Source: Octopus bimaculoides (Eukaryota). Taken from it: a stretch of DNA of 56,593 bases. The translations under genes and the position numbers were made by a program. The stretch is from contig NC_068985.1 of NCBI RefSeq assembly GCF_001194135.2, forward strand, positions 36,945,177 to 37,001,769, in the 5' to 3' direction. Of this stretch, positions 52,007-56,593 are shown one piece after another (position 1 is the first letter of the stretch; each line of letters begins with the position of its first letter). The notes beneath the pieces were generated by a model. That model was not told where the DNA came from. It did no database searches and was given only the letters and a program-made list of their open reading frames with translations.

Positions 52007-52714
52007 AAAGCAGATGAAAAGTGGAGAAAAATTGAAATGAAGAGAGAGGGGGCAGGCGGAAGTAAGAGAGACAAAGCGAGAAGGGGTGGGAGAGAATGTG
52101 TGAAAGGGTGGAATAGAAGGGCAGTTATTTGCTGTAAGACTGAACAAAAACAAGACAGAGTAAAAATGAAAGCTACGTATACAACTTCGTGAGATGTGAA
52201 GTATCTGCTAAATTACGAATGACATACAAGAGCAAATGGAACAAAAGATAGTTCTCACTCCCGTTTTCTAATTTTTTTGTTCAGGCTACTGCTACAAACT
52301 ACTAAGCTAACTAACTACCAAAGCAAATAGCTGACCATTCGACACCAATGCCAAATTGAACAAAATGAAGAACAAAAACAAAAACAAAAACAAACTTAAA
52401 TAAATAAATAAAGCAATAAAAAGTAGAAGAAAGACAACATATATATTTTGTATTAATGATAGTCTGTCTGCATTGGATTCATCACGAGCCCTTTGCATAG
52501 AGTGGAATTATATCCCCTCTATGTAGATTTTAATTATCAAAGGATGCACTTCAATTCCCCCTTCTTTGTCATATTTTTGACCTGGACTGAATTATTTATT
52601 TTCCTTCCAATCCGGCATTCTTTCAATATTTACATAGCATAATTTCCTATAACGCAAGAAAAGCTCTATCTTAATTTCCACACTGGTACTGTTACGTTAT
52701 TTTCTGAGTCATTA

Positions 52715-53160
52715 GATCGTTGGACAAAATTCTTAGCGGTATTCCTTCCGACTCATTACGCTCTGACTTCAAATTCTACTGCGGTCAAACTTCGCCTTTC
52801 AGCCTTCCGCAGTCTATGAAATGTAAGGAAGTGCCAAAAAGTTCCTGGCTTTGGGTAAAAGAGAATACAGGAGGATTAGTTAATTAATTCAACATATTCC
52901 TCTTTCAGATTCACACACTTACTGCAGCGGTTCTTCGATTTTTCTAAGCCATGTATAAGAACTTGGAAGGTTGGGGCCTAAACTAGGCCTTTCGCACTAT
53001 TCTTAAAGACAGGAACTATTCATCTGCCCCAGTATAATATCAGTACAGCACTGGGGTCGATGTAATTGGCTAACTCCTCACTCACAAATATCGTCTTATG
53101 CCGATATTAAATATAGCCCAGCATGGCCACAGCTCATGAGCTGAAACTAGATAAAATAAA
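52715..53160 (+). mobile_element. SINE family B interrupted by a mariner-type MITE
   Basis: The SINE 5' part ends ...gtctatgaaatgta (52825) and resumes ...tcagtacagcactggggtcgatgtaat after 53034; tail ccagcatggccacagctcatgagctgaaac. Confidence 0.7.
52826..53032. mobile_element. mariner-type MITE (~207 bp)
   Basis: Imperfect TIRs ...aaaagttcctggcttt / aaagacaggaactatt..., flanked by TA at 52824-52825 and 53033-53034. Confidence 0.7.
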
Positions 53161-53745
53161 AAAAATAGTGTCATATATATATGTATGCATATATATATAT
53201 AATATATTATCCATATATTTGCCTATGTATAAGTATATTATAATGGAGAAGATTACTTAATAATTAGTTGTATGTAACCTTTACTAAAAGGAAACAAATA
53301 TTAATGGCTGCGTTGCGTAGTAAATTCTGGTTTTAACATATATTTTTTATCAAAATGCCGTTTTGAAGTTGCTTATATTATTGAATATTCCCTGTATACA
53401 CATGCTTCCATCAAAATTCACTGCAACATTTCAATTTACTCTGGCGCAGTTAGTTTATATTTCTGGAGATATAAACGTTGCCCAACTATTTGTAGCGCTA
53501 CTTTCTACAAATGATAAGTTTAATTAAGCGTCTATCAAATTATGGTGATTCCAGTATTCTTTCATATTTGTTGGGTGTTGCTGAAGAAATAGAAGTTGAA
53601 TAATATAATTTGGGTCAGTTACTCATGTCTACACATGTATATCCCAACTCCCAAATCTTGTCTCCTCATAACTTTCCGGAAAATGGGTATCTTTTAATGA
53701 AAATTTCTACAAATGTCTTTTAGATATTGTTGATTACGATAACAT

Positions 53746-55110
53746 TGGAAGGCGGAGGTGGCGAACACGTACATCGCATCTGTCATCTACTACCACCTGA
53801 CCGTCGTGCCTTGTCCCGACCCTACCATCACCAAACTGGAACGCATTCTTTTCCGCTTCTTGTGGAAACAAAGCGTTCCGATGGTCAGGCGATCCGTTTG
53901 CTGCCAACACCCGTTAAAAGGAGGGCTAGGCACGCCGCCGATGATGCGCAGACATGCGCTGAGACTGCGATATCTCCGGGTCTACGTAGACGACGGTGAA
54001 CAGGTGTGGTCGCCATTTGTGAGGCGCGCTTTCCCGCACCTCGTCTCCATGCCCGAACTGCAGTCGTGGATCAAAAAGAGGCAGAGGAAGGGCGTATGGC
54101 ACCACGAGTGTCAAGTTGCTCTCGAGCAACTATGCCGTCCTGGGTCGACCTTGAGCGACTGCACCACCACCAAAGCATTCTATAGGGTATTTGTGGAGGG
54201 GAGGTTGGACGACGATCTCGGGGTGAACCTGGGCGTCGACGAGGAATACCTGACCCGCCTGTTCAAGACGACTTTCGGGCCGGGCCCTATGGACAACCTC
54301 CAGCGATCCCTGACCTAGCAGTGCTATCGAGAAGCACTACTCGTTCGGGATAAGCTCTACAGACATGACTCGAGAAACACGGGGCCGACCTGCCCGAGAT
54401 GCAGTCAGAGCGACTAAATAGTTCTGCACGTACTCGTATAGTGTCCAACCATTTCCAACCTGTGGGCCTATGTCGAACGACTGCTATCGCGTGTGGGACG
54501 AGTCAGTTTATCAACTGAGTCTATCGTGAATGTTGTTGCGCCTCCTTCATTGAAACGGGAGGGAAAAGCCATTTTCATTGTACTTGTGGCTATGGCGAAA
54601 GAATGTGTATGGTGGACGCGTCTGAAAGGTCTAGAGACAAACACTTTCCTCTCTGGCGAATCTCTCATCAACTTTTTCAAGTATCACTTGAAGCGGAAGG
54701 TAAGAGTAGAGAGGGAAGTTCTGTCTACTGAATGTTTCAAAAAAAGATGGGTATGTGTAGCAAGGATGGTACGTGTGAATGACAGAGCCACCTGGAGCAT
54801 AAACCTATGAACCAGAAAAAGAAAGGAAAAAAGAGAGTCACTTACTGTAATGTGTTTTTTGCATGACATTATTGCCCGAGGCTACCGTGGTCTTTTCCGT
54901 AGGCTTTTCTTTCCACGGATAAACCTAATCTGTTTCCCCTTTTACATTATGACATTTCTGTGATACACGATCCCTATTGATCGGCTTCCTTTTTTCTTCC
55001 ATGATCCCTTTTGATCGAAATTCTAACCCTCCTTTTTTTTTCTTTCCTTCCCAGAAAGAAAAGCTCTACTTTATATTTTGTCGCCTCTGTATTCAGCCCT
55101 GTGTGCCTAA
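53746..55110 (+). mobile_element. 5'-truncated Tx1/L1-clade LINE (RT thumb to zf-RVT, plus 3' UTR)
   Basis: One continuous frame 53758-54810 with three in-frame stops: ANTYIASVIYYHLTVVPCP...LFRFLWK...RRSVCCQHPLKGGLG...CPRCSQSD*IVLHVLV*CP...AKECVWWTR. A T/C-rich 3' UTR ends near AATAAA (~55109). Visibly GC-richer than its flanks. Confidence 0.85.
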
Positions 55111-55148
55111 TAAAGAAGCATATCTATCTATCTATCTATCTATCTATA

Positions 55149-55211
<63 letters not shown>

Positions 55212-55266
55212 TTATACATGCATGCATACATACATACATACATACATACATACAAACATATATACA

Positions 55267-55302
<36 letters not shown>

Positions 55303-56076
55303 TATATATATGCATACATACNNNNNNNNNNNNNNNNNNNNNNNNNNNNNNNNNNNNNNNNNNNNNNNNNNNNNNNNNNNNNNNNNNNNNNNNNNNNNNN
55401 NNNNNNNNNNNNNNNNNNNNNNNNNNNNNNNNNNNNNNNNNNNNNNNNNNNNNNNNNNNNNNNNNNNNNNNNNNNNNNNNNNNNNNNNNNNNNNNNNNNN
55501 NNNNNNNNNNNNNNNNNNNNNNNNNNNNNNNNNNNNNNNNNNNNNNNNNNNNNNNNNNNNNNNNNNNNNNNNNNNNNNNNNNNNNNNNNNNNNNNNNNNN
55601 NNNNNNNNNNNNNNNNNNNNNNNNNNNNNNNNNNNNNNNNNNNNNNNNNNNNNNNNNNNNNNNNNNNNNNNNNNNNNNNNNNNNNNNNNNNNNNNNNNNN
55701 NNNNNNNNNNNNNNNNNNNNNNNNNNNNNNNNNNNNNNNNNNNNNNNNNNNNNNNNNNNNNNNNNNNNNNNNNNNNNNNNNNNNNNNNNNNNNNNNNNNN
55801 NNNNNNNNNNNNNNNNNNNNNNNNNNNNNNNNNNNNNATATATATCCCTTTTTCCCATCTATTTACATCTCACTGAAACTGGACGAAAATTTCGGAAGGA
55901 CAGACGTTAAAACCGAGTTCGATGTCCTTAGAAACGAGAAAAAAAATAACCCCTAAGAAGCAGAGAATATTAAGAATAAGAAGCACATCTCGATGAAAGA
56001 AGCACATCTCGATGAAAGAAGCACATTATATTATACTTCTGCTCCTGCTGCCACAATAACAACAACAACAACAAAA

Positions 56077-56116
<40 letters not shown>

Positions 56117-56119
56117 ATG

Positions 56120-56331
56120 ATTTCAAATTTTGGTACAAGGCCAGCAGTTTTAGGGGAGGAGTGACTCGATTACATCGATCCCCAGTACTCAGCTGGTACT
56201 TATTGTATCGACACCAAAAGGATGAAAGGCAAAGTTAACCTCGGCAGAATTTCAACTCCAAACATTAAGACGGACGAAATGCCATCAAGCATTTTGTCCG
56301 GCGTACCAACGATTCCGTTAGCTCGCCGCCA
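56120..56331 (-). mobile_element. tRNA-derived SINE family B, near full length
   Basis: Head GGCGGCGAGCTAACGGAATCGTTGG..., body ...gcctttcatccttttggtgtcgatacaataagtaccagctgagtactggggatcgatgtaatcgagtc, ending at a simple-repeat tail. Confidence 0.85.
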
Positions 56332-56342
56332 TAATATTGCTC

Positions 56343-56593
56343 TTTACTCTTTTACACTTTTACTTGTTTCAGTCATTTGACTGCGGCCATGCTGGAGCAC
56401 CGCCTTTAGTCGAGCAAATCGACCCCAGAACTTATTCTTTGGAAGCCTAGTACTTATTCTATCTGTCTCTTTTGCCGAACCGCTAAGTTACGGGGACGTA
56501 AACACACCAGCATCGGTTGTCAAGCGATGTTGGGGAGACAAACACAGACGCACAAACATATACACACACACATATATATATATACGTATATAC
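56343..56593 (-). mobile_element. SINE family A, 3' half (runs off the window)
   Basis: Near identical to 22968-23200. Confidence 0.9.

Noticed and set aside
55981-56027. 19-bp tandem duplication aagcacatctcgatgaaag
   Set aside because: Simple local slippage with no further structure.
2396-56238. Dozens of ORFs rich in HT, YI, CV, RE, SL, IYLS or X
   Set aside because: They are translations of dinucleotide or tetranucleotide microsatellites and N gaps, not genes.

Overview
AT-rich, microsatellite-dense eukaryotic genomic DNA from a gapped scaffold with many N runs. The SINE families and the (CA/TA/GA/TATC/CTA)n load resemble an Octopus-type cephalopod genome; that is inference, not a database match. 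Almost all ORFs in the supplied track are microsatellite or N-gap artefacts. Supported content: (1) one plausible host coding exon on the minus strand (19391-19666) encoding a 91-aa signal-peptide protein with basic cleavage sites, an orphan secreted peptide precursor candidate; (2) decayed transposons: two nested, oppositely oriented mariners, a maT/DD37D-like fragment, a probable solo LTR with a TATA target duplication, two MITEs, three restriction-like-endonuclease (R4/Dong-like) LINE fragments, a Tx1/L1-like LINE 3' end, two tRNA-derived SINE families and a tRNA-Asp pseudogene that may head a third SINE; (3) most unusual, several minimal hammerhead-ribozyme-like motifs, including two inverted copies of a ~200-280 bp structured element whose cores both carry the rare U3-A8 swap of the conserved C3-G8 pair. 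All alignments and folds were done by eye; no searches or folding programs were run.
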